64,000 nucleotides of DNA from Basidiobolus meristosporus CBS 931.73 (lineage: Eukaryota > Fungi > Basidiobolomycota): positions 186,001-250,000 of the forward strand of contig MCFE01000013.1 in assembly GCA_002104905.1 (NCBI GenBank), read 5' to 3'. The notes beneath the pieces were generated by a model, which did no database searches, was not told the DNA's origin, and saw nothing but the letters and a program-made list of their open reading frames with translations. How positions within the stretch are numbered: position 1 is the first letter of the stretch; the number at the start of each line of letters is the position of its first letter. Below, piece after piece: positions 24,092-39,154 of this stretch. Both the position numbers and the translations under genes were made by a program.

Positions 24092-27000
24092 CTCTATGAA
24101 AAATTATTTGTTGATCCTGTCAAAAGGTTGTCACAGGTTCCAAGTTCCAAGACTAAGAGGTATTGACCCCATCAGGACACTATGCAAAGACTGTCAAAAA
24201 TTATCTCACCCCAAATGTATTAAAAAACTGAGTCAAACTTTTTCATCACAACAATGCATAAGTAGCTTTTGATTGGTTCTCTGCCAATTTTCTCATATTC
24301 TTATCCCAGACACTCTATTACCTCATACATTTGTGTGCATTGATTGGCTATTCCACTTTTTCACACTCCTTACTATCTGACTCAACCGCTTCTCTTACTT
24401 TTAATGCATACAAATTGATTTATTTCCATTGAAACTTCAGTTGTACCTCAAGTGCCAATTGCATTGACCTATACAAGTCCCTATGCCCTACACTAACATT
24501 AAGCCCAACCCCACACTCAACAAGTAACTCCATGAAAATTCACCATTAAATAGGTATTTCTGCTGTGTCACTCCTTTTCCATGACTTTGGCAGAAACCCT
24601 ACAGCTTTATGTCACTGTTCATTCACTGGTTTCCATACATCCTGGCCTTCAGCCAGCACTTAAAGGTTTAGCACCTCATCTGCCAATCTTGGCAATAAGT
24701 TGTTGCAATATTCAAGTGAATTTTCTTGAGCATTGTGCTTAAAGAGGCACAACCATCTCTTAGTGTGCACATTAATGTTCCAAAGTTCCACTGAAGGTAT
24801 TGTGATAACCTATTGAGTTCATGATGTTGCTACTTTATCTGTCAGTGAGATCACCACTCTGTCAACAATGGAGGACATGGAGACTGTAGTAGACAAGCTG
24901 CCTTTCTCTGCAAACCCATCTACCTCACTGGACTGTAGCTCAACTGGCTGCGCTTCCAACTCCTGTGAAAACAGCTCTTTTGTTGTTGGTAACTCTTCTT
25001 GGCTATGATGGGATTCAGTCTGTTCCAGGCTTGCGGTGTTAATTGGCAAGAGTTGCAGCTTTTTTCCCATGCCTCCCTGTCTCTGATTGGGTAGACTTTG
25101 CTTATTACTGCCAGGTCTTTGACTACTACTTCCTCTGAGTGCTTCTTGCATTAAACTACATTTTCTCCTTCATAAATGCCACTTTGATGCATCTCTTTAG
25201 GCCAGCTGGTCCCTTGCTGGCACTCTGCAAGCAACCTGTTGCTTCTTTCCTACTTATTTCAGGCTCTCAGCCCATGCTGTTATGGTCTCCCAAGGTAGCC
25301 ACTTGCTTTTATCATCTCCAGGCCCTTCACTACTACTTTGAATGAGTGCTTCTTGAGTAGAACTAATGTTTTCCTTGGAAAATGTTGTGCTGGTGCATCT
25401 GTGTCTTCTGGCACTTCCCTTGTAAGCACTCTTCTAGCTACCTGATGCTTGTTTGGAGCTTTTAGCCCTGCTTGTGATGGGTTCTTGAGGAAGCCATTGG
25501 CTTTAACCATTGCACCCTTATTTTTCTGCCTTTGATAGTTTTTGCTACTCTTGAGGTACTTTGTAGCATATCATTGCTGGCCCATAATCAGTTTGCTTGT
25601 TTGAAACCAGGAAAATGCTTATGGAACAAGTCAAGCATGATCTGCTTGGCCTTGAGTCCCAGATGGTCCCATGCAACAAGCAATAAGCCATTGGCCAGAA
25701 TATTGAATTAATCAGAAACTGGAGATATTAACCATACATAGTATCTGGTGGAGCAAATGCTTCCCAATGGTAGCAATGCAGTAGCTTTTCATCAAAATCC
25801 CTTTACTAATGACCAAGCTATACATAGGGTATTTCAAGCTAATTGAGCCCTTTGAGATACCAGTGATGTTTGAACAAATTTACAAGATATTACAGAGTAG
25901 TTTCTACCTGAAGCACTTATCAAGGGCTCTAAAAGATACTCTACTATGAATATGAAATAATTCAAATTGCAGGAATGGATGAGCTGGATATGTATTTATT
26001 CCAGTGCCCATCTCAAGCACTCCTTCCAGGTGTACATTAAGAATAGGGGGGTCACATGTTGACATAGTAGCAATATTTATCTAGAAGTAGCTCTCCAATG
26101 TCAACTTGATGTGTTTACAGCCTTTATGCAGGGAGTTTGTGACGGAATTTGAGCAACCATACTACAAGCATAGAGCTGAATCCATAGGACTCTGTTATAA
26201 CTGTAGCCATTCTTCATTCCATCTTGCTTGATGTATGGAAAATATTGGGCCTTGCTACATCCTTTGGGAATACCCTATGGAGCAGGTGTGTGGGGAGATA
26301 GGAAGATAAGTCATGTTGCAGGTACTACCACATCCCAGTCTCATCAAGAATATTACCTTCAGGTCTGCCATGGATGTGATGGTTAGCACATGATGGACAG
26401 CCAAAAGAACTGGAAAATATGAAGGACAGATGTGCACATGTAGACACCTATGCTTTAAAAGTCAATGCCTTTGGTATTTAGAGCTAAGCAGCCATAATGC
26501 ATGGGTAGTCAGTTGAGGAATGCAAAGTTGGACTGGGTGCAACAAGAGATTAATTTTTATTCAAACACTGACTAAAGTATGTCCAATTTCTCTTGGTTCC
26601 AAGCCAATTTCTACACCATTGATATGGAATTCACACAAATAAGAGCCAGAGCACACCTATAACAGGGACTAAATACAGTAAGGGGAAGGAATATATGTTA
26701 GCTAAATACCAAAAAGTGCTTTACAGATATTCTGGAGGCTTTCATAGCAAAAGTGGCAGCCACCAAGTATATGTCTGAAAGTTGTATATGTTACCAGCAA
26801 TTCAAGGTTTATGGAAATTTGCAAGTATAGTACTAAAGAGCTGGAAAGCTGAGGTGATAGATGAACTTCAATTGAGATTGGTGTGCATATATGCAGAGAT
26901 TTGTAAGCAGGAGACCATAGTTTCTTTTGATTTAAACAACATGTGCAATACCTAGGTAGTAATGGGTATGCAATAAAGAGGGGATTTTACAGTGGAAATA

Positions 27001-27427
27001 TGAATGGTGCAAGGGTAGGAAAAAAATACCATTTATTCATTGTAGCATTATACAGAACTAACTGTAGGCTGATGTACAGCTGTCCTAATGCAATTGGAGG
27101 TTTGCAATGAGGCTGTCAGAACACCATCAAGTTTCCTGTCATATGAGGCAACTGGATGTATTTGCCAGTTAGAGCTGCTCAAATACCTGTGGAGTGCATG
27201 AAGACTGTTAGAATTCCATGGAGCTCTTGTCAAAAGACTGCTCAAACACCGTCAAGCTTTTAACTTAATTTAGCAGTAAAACTAGCAAGACACCATTACA
27301 ACCCCATCAAAAGATTGTGTAGAGGGTCCTTTATTCCAAATTGCCAGCATTATGACAGCCTCCTTGTATGATCCTGACAGCTGATCCAGATTGGATCAAC
27401 CCATATAACCCAAACATTTTCATAGGG
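24092..27427 (+). mobile_element. CACTA internal-deletion derivative (3.3 kb, both termini)
   Basis: CTCTATGAAAAA..TTTTCATAGGG; accessory ORF 3' half fused to transposase 3' half at ~25670; no matching TSD. Confidence 0.8.
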
Positions 27428-29385
27428 GGAGGTCTGCTTATCTGCTGTGAAGCCAGTACCTACAGTATCAAGAGTTGTCACTTTTAGTAAAGTTCAAATC
27501 TAGTTAATATTGGTATGGTATTGTGCTGGCCTGTTAATAACTTTTTTTATGAGAGATACTTAGTTGGATTAGCAATACAAGACCTGGCAGTGGTAAAGAT
27601 GCAGAGACAGGAAGGAAAGTCTACTCAGACAAGAGACATAGAAATATGAGAAAAAAGCTGCAGCTATCATCAATAAAACCTGCTAACCTTGAAGACTCTG
27701 AATCTCATAGTGGCCTGGTAGATTCACCAACAACACAATAGTTACTTGACCCCTGTTTGAACTGGCCTCAGTTGTGCCACTCTTTGGTGCACTGGCTGAA
27801 CTAGTGGAGTAAGATGTTTCTTCTACCATAGCCTCCACATCCTGCACTGCAAACAGAGCGCAAGTCCCACTGGCAAGCAATGCAAGAAGTTACCATCCAA
27901 AGGCTGTCATATAATTTGATCTCACAACTAAGAGGTATTGTTGCCCTAAGGACTAACCGCAAAGTTCATTAATAACTTGCACCTCAGATTTCACCATTAA
28001 TCTGATCACGGCTGTTCATTGCTGGTCTACATGATTAGTTTTAAATGGTCCCTGCCAATAATTGCACCTTCTGATTACAGACATTCAATCATCTCTTGTA
28101 TTTGTGCTCATTGGTTGGTTATTACTTCATTTTCATTTCCATACTTCCAGGCTTGGATGATGCTCTTGTGCTTTATGAGCATAAGTTGGTATATTCTCAT
28201 TTAGTCTTCATTGTTACTAGATTGCCAGTTATACTAAGCCATGCAAGTCCCTATATCTAGCACTAGCATTAAGCTCAGCCATAGATTCAGTTAGTAATTT
28301 TACTAAAATCATGCATCTAATAAGTTCTTCTGCATTAGACCTTGCCCATTACATTAGCATGAACCCTATTGCTTTATGCCATTGTTCATCTATTAGTCCC
28401 CAAATATCTTGGTCTTCAGCCAGCCTGGCAAGCTGTGGCACCTCATCTATTAGTAGCTAATATAATATCTATCCCAAGACTCAACAAGTAACTCCACCAA
28501 GTCCACCACTTAATGTGTTTCTCTACTGTAATGCCCTGTTTCCTTGACTTTGACAGGAACTTACATCTTGGTGCCATTTTTTGTTCACTGGTTGCAAGAT
28601 ACTCAGGTCTTCAGCTTATACTGCAAGTTCTAGCACCTTATTAGATCCTTGTAATATTCAACCATGCTTACTTGGGCATTGCACTTGTAGAAGTGCTGCA
28701 CCTGTTTGCTGTGCCTGTTATGTATCCAAATTTACACTGTAGGCACCACAATAGTCCTGTTATTTCTTGATGTTGCTGTGCTCTCAGTTTGTGGGATCAC
28801 CACTCTCTATAGTGGATAGCATAGAGGCTGTAGTAGATGAGTTGCCTTTGTCTTCAAACTCATCAACTTAACTGAGTGTAGCTTAGCTGGCTGCTCCTCC
28901 CGCACTGGAAATAACAGCTATTGTCATCTCAGTAATTCTTATTGGCATGTACAGTGATGGCTCTGAATAAGAAGACCTAATGATAGACTGGGAGCCTTTC
29001 TCCCTTAACAATAGTGCCATGCATGAAACTTATAAAGTCCCAATATTCAATAAGAGAACACTAGTGGAAAAAATGCTAAGGATACTTTATGGAGCCATCT
29101 GAGTCTAGTTGTCCATTTACTGGTGGGTGATAAAATGTTGTGACACAAAAAGTTGCATGTTTTCACCATTGTTAACAACAGGGGCTTTGAAGATATGCTG
29201 CTACATCTGGCCAAAATATTTCTTGGATGCAGCTGTTCATGCACATTATAGAAATGGACAACCTTCATGCTGCTGGCAACATATGCTGCAGGGGCCAGTC
29301 CGATAATATCTTGTATCAATTGCATGGCATTCACATGGGGATATGCCACTATTGTAATGCTTCCAACTAATTAGCAATTGACCAT
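27428..29385. mobile_element. Old, highly diverged CACTA-derived mosaic
   Basis: Patchy similarity to the accessory ORF 3' region (~27900-28950) and transposase N-terminus (~28960-29380). Confidence 0.55.
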
Positions 29386-29858
29386 TGTAATCATGTCAAA
29401 GTGACACCCAGTGACAAATGTGCTCACTCTGTTATCTTTTACTTTCCTATGTCTGTACTGCCCTTAATTTAGTTTGATCCAGTTTGTTGTATCTAATCAG
29501 TACTACCCCATAGGCTGGCTAACTATGATTACTAGCATCTCATGGCATAAGTTAGCCCTCACTTTATGTAAGATTGTTGCATATAAGTGCTTCTTTATTG
29601 GGCAGGTACCCACACCAGGACCTTTGGCACATGAGCAAACCATGGCATCATCACTACCATTTTCATTCTACATATAGTATCCCTATGTTACATAGGTTTC
29701 AGAGAACTAATCCAGACTGGTTAGATGTGCTGTACTTCCTAGAACCTTCTGGCATCTACTTACAGCATTCTTAGCTCATCCTGATGTCATCAAGACTTCT
29801 TATGATTTCCAGGACCTGCTGAAATACCATGATTGCTAATCACTTAGCTAGTGAAAGA
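29386..29858 (+). mobile_element. Partial Gypsy B LTR (5' part)
   Basis: TGTAATCATGTCAAAGTGACACCCAGTGACA start and core homologous to 33459-33940; cut by the PHIS TIR at 29862. Confidence 0.75.
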
Positions 29859-29861
29859 AGT

Positions 29862-30474
29862 AAACTTGTTCCATTGTACAATGCCCAAGCATGTGGCATG
29901 AACCTTAGTTGTAAAGAGCAGTCAGGTGCAATGCTATAGCTACAAGTAGACAGGATTGCTCCTGAAAAATTCTGCAATATATAAGACAATCTTTCACAAT
30001 ATGGCACACTATAAAACAATGAGGTTGGTCTAGATGTTTTGCCAACTTGTAATGTTTGCCTCACATGCGCCATTGGATGCCACTTTTATGTTTGATAAAC
30101 CTGGCATTTGGATATGTCTCTTCAATGTGAAGCAAAGTAAATGCATAGCACAGAATAAATTACACTATTACTTACTATTTGCAAAAAGAAATGTGTTGTT
30201 TGGATCATGACAAATAATAACAACTCAGCTCAATTGCTTCATCTCCTAGATTTTCTCTCACAAGACCACTGCTGAAGCATTTGGTAGTAATTTACTTTAC
30301 ACCACTAAAATACTTCCTTCTTAGCTGCTATCATCTTGGCTATTTGTGAACTTGTAGTGAGTATTTTGCCTCCTAGTTGATGAGAGCAGTACCCAAGCTT
30401 GGCTGCGCTGAATTGCACCAGATGGTGATACAGGGCTAGCCTGAAGTGCCACATGTTGACTTGTTCTTTAGATT
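29862..30474 (-). mobile_element. PHIS (Pangu-like) right end with accessory ORF C-terminus
   Basis: AAACTTGTTCCATTGTAC TIR preceded by AGT; homologous to parts of 52430-53431 and lacks the solo LTR. Confidence 0.8.
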
Positions 30475-32506
30475 TGTTACAAGTCTTGGTATAAGAGTTG
30501 TAGAGGAATGGGACTTTAACTAGTATTGTATTCACTAAAACTTAAACTGACCTTTATTGAGATTCCAGCAGCTCCTTATTAAATTTTTGCCAGATCAACT
30601 GCTGACTAATTGTATTTCCTAATGTAGGCTGTGGCTGATGACTCATTTGATTGCATCATCATCACCCAGTAAGATCCTACTCAATATATCTATTTCTGTA
30701 TGATAAGGATCTGTTGACTTATTTTATGACTAATGCTACTGATTTGATAGATAATACTGATATATTGATAACCTAAACATAAAACAAACAGATTTGACTA
30801 AGAACTGATCTAACGTAAACATTCAAGTGGCATATCATAACATTCTCCCCCATTAAGGTTGAGAGGGTTCTCCTGAATCTCATTTCTAGTGATACCAATA
30901 TCTTGATGGTTCAGTATTATCAGCAAGTCTTGCAAGCTTCAGTCTGTCCCTATGCACTAAGTCTTCCTAGATATTGCCTTGTTTGTCCACTAGTTGGTAA
31001 GCTGAAATGGTCATTCTCTGACAATCTTGAATGGCCCTGTCCATTTTGGCTCAAACATCTTCCAAGTGTTGTTTTTTAGCAATACAAGTTCCCAACTGTC
31101 AAGGCTTCAGGTGTTACAGTCTTATAAAATCTCTGCTTCATCTTTTCTGCACTTTGAGATACTTTGGTCTGTGCCTCTTGATGTCTTTGTTCCAGTTGCT
31201 GGTGTATACTTGGCTGACTGAGCTCATCTTCTAAGGTGTCTGTAAGCCTTGGTTGTGTGAGATCTCCTGGAATCCTTGGTTCACATCCATACACTAAGTA
31301 AAATGGCAATTGCTGGGTGGCGTTGTGTACTCTGACTCTGCATGCAAAGAGTGCTTGGTCTATTTACTCATCCCATCTACTAACAACTTCATTTACATAC
31401 TTGGTCAGCATTTTTCCAAATAATCCTTTAAACAATTAAGTGACTCCATTAGTTCTGGGGTAATATGTCAAGGTTATTAAGTGTTTGATCTGCTGCATTT
31501 CTGGGTAAGCTTCTAATGTCTTTACCATAAAGTTTGCACCTCTATTGGATAAAATCTCTACAGGGCATCCTAACTCCATAAGGATCTTGTGGTATATGAA
31601 ACTTGCAACTTCTTGTTCACTGGCTATAGGTACAGCTTTAGCCACTAGCCATTTAATGGAATGATTAATTGCTACTAGGATCCAATGGTAGCATTTCCTG
31701 GTAATTGGCAGTCCTCCAATAAAGTCAATTCCCCATCTTTCAAGTGGTCTTACAGGCTCTAAGAGAAAGAGTTCAGCAATAATCTGTGGTTGGCCTTGGT
31801 TGATTTGGCAGTTTGGGCATGTTTTCACTAGCTTCTCAATGTCATGTTTCATTCTGGGCTAACATGCTCTGGCTTTCACAAGGCTATAGGTTCCCTTCCA
31901 TTCCAAGATGTCCATATCCATTGTGTAGCTTATGTATTAAATTCAGGTGAGCTACATAAGGGCAATAGGCCATAGGGCTTCCATCAACAATTTGGTAGAG
32001 TGTTTCATCCTGTACTACAAATTTGCTGGCTTCATCACATATTATCTTCTTGATATCTTCATTTACCTCATTAGGAATGGCTTGGTCTTCCAAGTACTTT
32101 GGTAATAGGCAAGGCCAATCTGATTCATGCATCAATTTGAGTTGTGCAACTTGTTCTAATCTTGATAAGGTGTCAGCAACTGTGTTGTATTCTCTAGGGC
32201 CATAAACAATCTTCAAGTCAAGTTGCTGAATGTATTCACTCCATCTTGTCATTCTTCTAAAAAGTACCTTCTGAGTAAATATATACTTGAGGGAGGCATG
32301 ATCAGTCCTTACAGTGCATTTGACCCCTTCAATATAGCATCTCCATTTCTTCAAACAGTGTATTACAGCAAGCATCTCCTTCTCATGCACTGGATAGTTT
32401 TGTTCTGCTGAGTTCTGTTTCTTGGACCCAAAGGCAACAGGATAGTCCTTTCCCTTGTGTTCTTGGCTCAACACTCCACCAATTGCATAATCTGAAGCAT
32501 CTGTGT
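30475..32506 (-). mobile_element. Gypsy family A, 5'-truncated (3' LTR 30475-30842, PPT, integrase, part of RNase H)
   Basis: LTR matches 39155-39521; TDASDYAIGG, CPNCQ and WGIDF motifs. Confidence 0.92.
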
Positions 32507-32832
32507 GTGGATTCTCATTAAACAAGTACACTACTAGCAGATAATGCTGGTCATTGATTCTCATCAGCCCAAATCTGCTGCCTATCTTACACCACCAGAG
32601 CAAAATTCTGCTGCTAGTCTCACTGTTATCAGGGCCTCAATCATGGTCCAACCTGGATAGATACCTGTATCTATTACTGGAAGAGTTTTGTAGGCTTCCC
32701 AGTGGGATTACAGTAAATGGCTGTCATGGAAAAGAGCATATTATTATCTGCATTGGAGATACCCCAGCCATCAGCAAAATAGCTGGCTTTTCTGGGTACA
32801 ATGGATGGTATTGTAGTAGGGTCCAAGGTATT
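32507..32832 (+). pseudogene. CACTA transposase fragment
   Basis: YLLLEEF..ICIGDTPAISKIAGFSG motif. Confidence 0.8.
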
Positions 32833-33354
32833 AGACTTGTTTCATTATACTGTGCCAGGGCACATGAAGTGATCTGCATTTGCAAGGAACAATTGGGTGT
32901 GGTATTGTAGCCACCAGAAGGCAGGATTGCTCTCAGACAATTTTGCACAATGTGGGAGGATCTCACATATTATGGCACAATCTGACATGATTAGGTTGGC
33001 ACAGACAGTTGCACCAACTTATGATGTTTACATCATGTGCACAACTGGATACAATTATTGAGGTAGGTAAAATCCTGTACTTGGATTTGTTTCTTTAATG
33101 TAAATGGAAGTGAAAGCATATCATAATATAAACTGCACTGATTCTTACCATTTTGATCAGCATCACTCCAATTGGATGGTATGTAAATGGTAGATTTGTC
33201 TAAACGTATCCTGCAGCTCTAAGCCCCCAGTTGACACATTGACCAGACCACAAGCTACCTAATTTGCCATTGAATATCCCATTTTGCCCATTGAACAAGT
33301 AAATCCCTGATGTTAGCGATTGGACAAAGTGCCATAGCAAGTACACAACCAATT
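32833..33354 (-). mobile_element. PHIS (Pangu-like) right-end fragment
   Basis: AGACTTGTTTCATT TIR preceded by ATT; homologous to ~52920-53431. Confidence 0.8.
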
Positions 33355-36300
33355 CCCTATGAAGAATTATTGAGTTGATCCCATCAAAAGGCCATTACAA
33401 AGTTAAAGTCCAGTGACTAAGAGGTAATGATCCCATCTGGACACCATCCAGAGACTGTTGTAGTAGGGTCACAGTGACACCCACTAACAGTTGTGCTTAT
33501 TCCCATGTTTTCTACTTCCCTATTTCCCTACTACACTTATTTAGTTCTATCCCATCTGTCTTACCTGATTAATACTGTCTCATAAGATAGTTGACACCCA
33601 CACCTATTTACCTTATTGTATAAGTTATCCCTTGCTTTATGCAGACTTCTATTTGTAAGCACTTCTAAATTAGCCAAGTACCCATGCCAGTACCTGTCAC
33701 ATATGATTAACCCATGTCATCCTTGCTACCATTTCTATACCATAAATGGTATCCCTATCTTATACAGGTTTCAGAACACTGATTCCTGATTGCTTGGATG
33801 TGCTGTGCCTCTTACAACCTTCCAGCACCTACTTAGAATACTCTTAGCTCATTTTGATGTCATTAAGATTTCTATAGATCACTGGAACCTTCTGGAACAC
33901 TATGTTGAGTAATCACTTAACCAGTGAGAAAAGTATTTAAGTGAGGCAATATCTCAAAAATAAATCATCATTCCTTTTATCAATACACAACTTGTTGATT
34001 GATGTGATCACTGCTACCTGCTGCTACCTGAACTCCCAACCCCAGACCACAGGACACTCCCAGGAAACTGTGCTGCCAGCCAACTGGCCTTGGAGGCACT
34101 ACTTGTGAGGAATACTCAGAGTATGTATCTTTTATTAGATTTGATTCTTTCCCAAGCTTGTACTTGTACAGGCAAAGATACTTTTCTGTTGTTGTAACTG
34201 CTAACTACAGCTACATTCTTGCCAAGTCTCTGCTGGCAGAGTTTACAGTTGTGTTGACTTTGAAAGCCTTGGTACATTGTCAACTCAAAGGACACTGAAC
34301 CCAGCACATACTTTTGTTGCAATGCCAACTAAGCTGGGGGTTATAGCTCAATAGTTTTCCCTTGAGAAGCTTGTGGCTTTATTCCCCATCACATTCGATT
34401 AGAGACATGACCCAAGTACTCCTAGCAAGCTTTTGCCAGAGGTTATTGTGCCCATTAAACATCCCAGACACAAAACACTTGAGAAGTGTTAGAGATATCT
34501 CTCCCTAGGACTTCTACAACACCAAACTATGGAAAATAATTGCACCCCAGATTTCACAAAACACTTAGTCAAAATTTTTCATCACAAAAATGTATAAGTG
34601 GCTCTTGATTAGTTTCCTGCCAATGTGCTCAATTTCTGATCCCAGGCACTCTATCAACCCCTCTGTTTGTGTGCATTGATTGGCTATTGCCTCTTTTTCA
34701 CACTCCTTACTTCCTGACTCAACTGTTTCTCTTACTTTTCATGGGTACAAATTTATTTAATTCTGTTAAAACTCCAGTTGTACCTCAATTGCCAATTTTA
34801 TTGACATATACAAGTCCCTATACCCCACACTAACATTAAGCCCAACCACACATTCAACAAGCAACTCCATTAAAATCCACCACTCAATAAGTATTTTTGC
34901 TGTGTTGTTCAGTCTCCATGACTTTGGCAGGAACCCTATGGCTTTATGCCACTATTCATTCACTGGTTCCCACATGTCCAGGTCTTCAGCCTGCACTTCA
35001 AGGTCTAGCATCTCATCTGCCAGTCTTTGCAACTAATCCTTGCAATACTCCAGTGCATTTTCTTAAGCACCGCTCTTGAAGAAGTGCTGCAACCTCTTGG
35101 TGTGCCTATTAATGTTCCAAAATTCCACTGAAGGCATTATGTCAGTCTTTTGAGCTCTTGACGCTGTAGCCTTATCTATCAGTAGGATTTTATCTCTGTC
35201 AACACTGGAGGATGTGGAGGGTGTTGTAGACAAACTGCCTTTTTCAACAAACTCATCTACCTTGCTGGAGTGTAGCACAACTGGCTGCGCTTCCAACTCT
35301 TGTGAAAACAGCTGTTTTCTTGTTGGTAATTCTTCTTGGCTATGATTGGATTCAGTCTGTCTAAGGCTTGCAGCTTTAATTGGCAAGCACTGCAGTCTTC
35401 TTTGTATGCCTCCCTGTCTCAGGCTTGGGTAGACATTTTTCACTTTACCATTTCCTTTATCACTGCCAGGTCTTTCACTGCTACTTTGTCTGAGTGCCAC
35501 TTGTAAAGAACTACACTTTCTCCTCAATTTATTCTGCTCTGACTCATCTGCTTTGGCCTGCTTGTCCCTTGCTGGCACTCTGCTGGCATCCTGACATTTC
35601 TTTTCTGCTTGTTTTGAGCTCTCAACTGTAGCTGTGACAGGCTCCTGTAAAGTGGCTGGTTCTTATCACTGCCAGGTCCTTCACTGCTACTTTGACTGGT
35701 TGCTTTTGGAGTAGTTCTATGCTTTTTCCTTAATAAATGCTGTACTAGTGCATCTGCATCTGCTTGCTTGTCCCTAACTGGCACTCTTCCAGCTACCTGA
35801 CATCTCTTTGATGCTTGTCTGGAGCTTTTGGCCCTGCTTGTAACAGGCTCTTAAGGAAGCTGCTGGCTTTTAGCCATGGCAGTGCACCTAATTGCTTCAT
35901 TGATGTTTTGATATGAGCTGACAAAATACTTGCTAATATAGGTGGTTGTGATGTTAGCATGGCCACTTGCTGGTCTTCAACTGAGGGTACTGCATTTGCT
36001 ACATTCTCATCTGCCTGAGCATAAGGGTCAGCTTGTGGCTATGTAGAGGTTCTCAATTGCCTACTTGACTGAGAGCCTAAGGAGTCTACATTATTACCTT
36101 CAATGGGCACACTGTCCACAGAGCCTTTTTTGGACGTAGCCCCACTTGTTGCACTTAATGTCAAAGCAAGCTGTTGTCCAACAGTTCTTCTGTTACCATT
36201 GGTGGCGGAGTTTTGTTGGGAACCAGACAACTTTGCTTTATTTGTTGGCGGCATATATATGGAAATGAGTCAAACTAAAGGGGAAAGAGTGTTACCTATG

Positions 36301-39154
36301 CATGTGTGTGCGGTGCCACAACTTTATTTATAATGCCTACTATTGCAGGTCATCATTGAATCTTACATTCATGTAGGTGCAATGTCTCAAATACAAGACT
36401 GTCTTAAGTTCACATGAGTATTGACCAAAAAGTGACATAATAGAGTGATGTTGTTGAAGGTCAAACTGTTTGCCCCATGGACAAAACTGCTTTGACTCAG
36501 CACCATGGGAGAGGACAAAAAAGACCATGTGGCTATTGTGGCAAGCCTCTTGGCCATGAAGCATGCAGACAGCATAGGAAGTATAACAAGGATCATGGCC
36601 AGTATTTTGACACCCAAGTAATATTTAACCATTCACTGGTCACTAATGTACCAACATTATCTTGCTAGCCAGCTCATACTTCTGTATTGGCACCTGGCCC
36701 TCTTTGTCACCTTGCACAAACTGAGTCAGGGGAGTTTGTGATGCCTTTAGGCTCACTTCAGCCTTCTGAATATGGCACGCAGAGTGATAGCTCTGACAAA
36801 GAAGGTTCACTGATGGATTTTGAGCCTATCCCTCTTAACAACAGTACCAGGTCAAATCCCTATATTCAATGAGATAACACCTGTTGAAACAAATGCTAGG
36901 TATACTTTATGGGGCAGGTGAGTCCAGTAATCCATTAACTGGTAAAGGATGTAATGTTGTTGCTGGAGAAGTGGTGTGCTTTCACTAATATCAGTAATGG
37001 GGGCTTTGAAGATTTATTACTTCTTCTTGCCAAAATTGTACCAGGATGCAACTTATCATGTACATGGTACAAGTGGACAACCATCATTCACCTGGCAACA
37101 TATGATCCAGAAACTGTCCTAATTCCAGCATGAGCTAACAGTTGCATGGCATTCACATCCAAAAATTCTACCATTGCAACATGTCCAAATTGTCAGGAAT
37201 CCACCACCATTAAGGGAAAACATTGTTCACACTCTGGATATATTCCAGTTATACCCTGTCTGAGGAGGCTGATGCAATCTGACAAATATTGCAAAGCTAT
37301 ACAGTACCGCACTCAGTACCAATCAAGTGCAAACATATCCGCTATATTTAATAGTAAATATTATAAACAGCTAAGAAGCAAGGGCTACTTTGAAGGTATG
37401 TATGACCATGCCTTTACTTTAGCACTTGATGGATTCTCATTAAACAAGTACTCTACCAGCACATACTGCTGGCCACTGTTTCTCATCAATCTGAATCTGC
37501 TGCCCATTGTACAGTATCAGAGCAATAATCTGAAAGTAATCTCACTGATAATTGGGCCTAAATCACCATCCAACCTGGATGGCTACCTGATCCATTGCTG
37601 GATGAATTATGCATGCTTCCCAGCAGGATAACAGTCAATGGCCATCATATAAAAGTGCATATTATTATCTGCATTGGAGATACCTGGGCCATCAGCATGA
37701 TTGCAGGCTTTTCTGAGCACAATGGATGGCATTGCTGTTGAATGTGTGAGATCCAGGGGATTTACTCCATAACTCACACACATTATTATTACCCAAATAT
37801 CAGCACTAAGAACATCATCTTTCCACAGAGAGAGCATTCAGAAGTCAGCATACAATTGCAGCAAAGTTGGCAAGCTATAAGCCATTGACCAGAATATGGA
37901 ATCAATAGGGAACTGAAGATACTTAAGATAGAGGGTATCTGTTGAAGCAAAAGCTTCCCACTGGGAGCAATGCATTTGCTTTTCAATAATATCCCTATAC
38001 TGATGACCAACTTGCACATGGGGCATAACAAGCTAAATGAGCCCTTTGAGATACCAGAGAAATTTAAAGAATTGGCAAGATATTACAGAGTATCTGCTAC
38101 CTTAAGAACTTCTCACAGGCTCCAATTAATATTCAGATGCATATGCAATAATACAAATGCAAAGACTGGATGAACTGGATATTTACTTATTCAAGTGACA
38201 TTCTGAAGCCACTCCTACCAAGAGTACATAGGAACCATTAGGAGTTATATGTGGATATTGTAGGAATATTGATCCAGAAGTGGATCACCAATGCCAACTT
38301 GACACATCAGCAGCTTTTGCGTAAACAGTTTTTGACAGGATTTGAGCAGCCAAGCTACAGACATAAAGCTGCATGAGTAGATCTCTGCCACTACTATATC
38401 CATTCTCTACTCCATCTTTTATGGTGTGTGGGGAATATTGGGCGTTGCATCACCTTTTGGGAGTTTCCTATGGAGCAGATGTGTGGGGAGATAGGGAGGG
38501 GAGTCAAGTTGTAGGTACTACCATATCCCAATTGCATCAAGATATTACCTTCAAGTCCAGCATGGATGAGATGAGTTAGCACATTGAGGACAGCCAGGAA
38601 GAGTTGGAAAATACTGAGGACAAATGTGCACATGGGGACATCTATACCTATGGTTTTAAGAAGCTAAGCTGCCCCAATGTGTGGATAATCAGTTAAGTAA
38701 TGCAAAGCTGGGTTGAGTGTAACAAGTAACTAATTTTTATTGGGAAAATTCTACCAAGGTATGCCAGATTTCTTGTGGTCACAAGCCAACTTCTATACCA
38801 TTCAATATGGAATTCACATAAACAAAAGCCCAAGCACACCTATAAGGGGGACTGGAATCCAGCAGGGAGAAGGAATATATTGGCTAAATACAAAGTACTT
38901 CTTTGTGTATATTCAGGAGGTATTAATGACAGAAGTGGCAACAACCAAGCATATGTTTGCAAGATGTATTTGTTACCAGCAGTACAAGGTATATGGCAAC
39001 TTTGCAAGTATCACACTAAAAAGCCATAAAGTTGAGGTGATAGATGTATGTCAATTGCGGCTGGTGTGCACTTTTGCAGAGGTTAGTAAGCAGGAGGCCA
39101 TAGTTTTTTTTTAATTGAACTATATGTGGCATACCCAAGGTAGTAATGGGTAAA
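33355..39154 (+). mobile_element. CACTA element, 3'-truncated (accessory ORF on minus ~36254-34740; transposase on plus ~36450-39150)
   Basis: CCCTATGAAG terminus; ORFs at 37146, 37970 and 38740 carry Transposase_21 and DUF4218-type motifs; cut by the Gypsy A LTR. Confidence 0.88.
33459..34526 (+). mobile_element. Gypsy B solo LTR (1068 bp)
   Basis: Flanks CTGT/CTAT; the empty homologous site reads CCGT (ACGG at 56833-56836). Confidence 0.9.

Noticed and set aside
31884-32603. 239-aa ORF with a novel-looking N-terminus fused to RNase H
   Set aside because: Junction artefact: antisense CACTA sequence read into a truncated Gypsy pol at ~32506.
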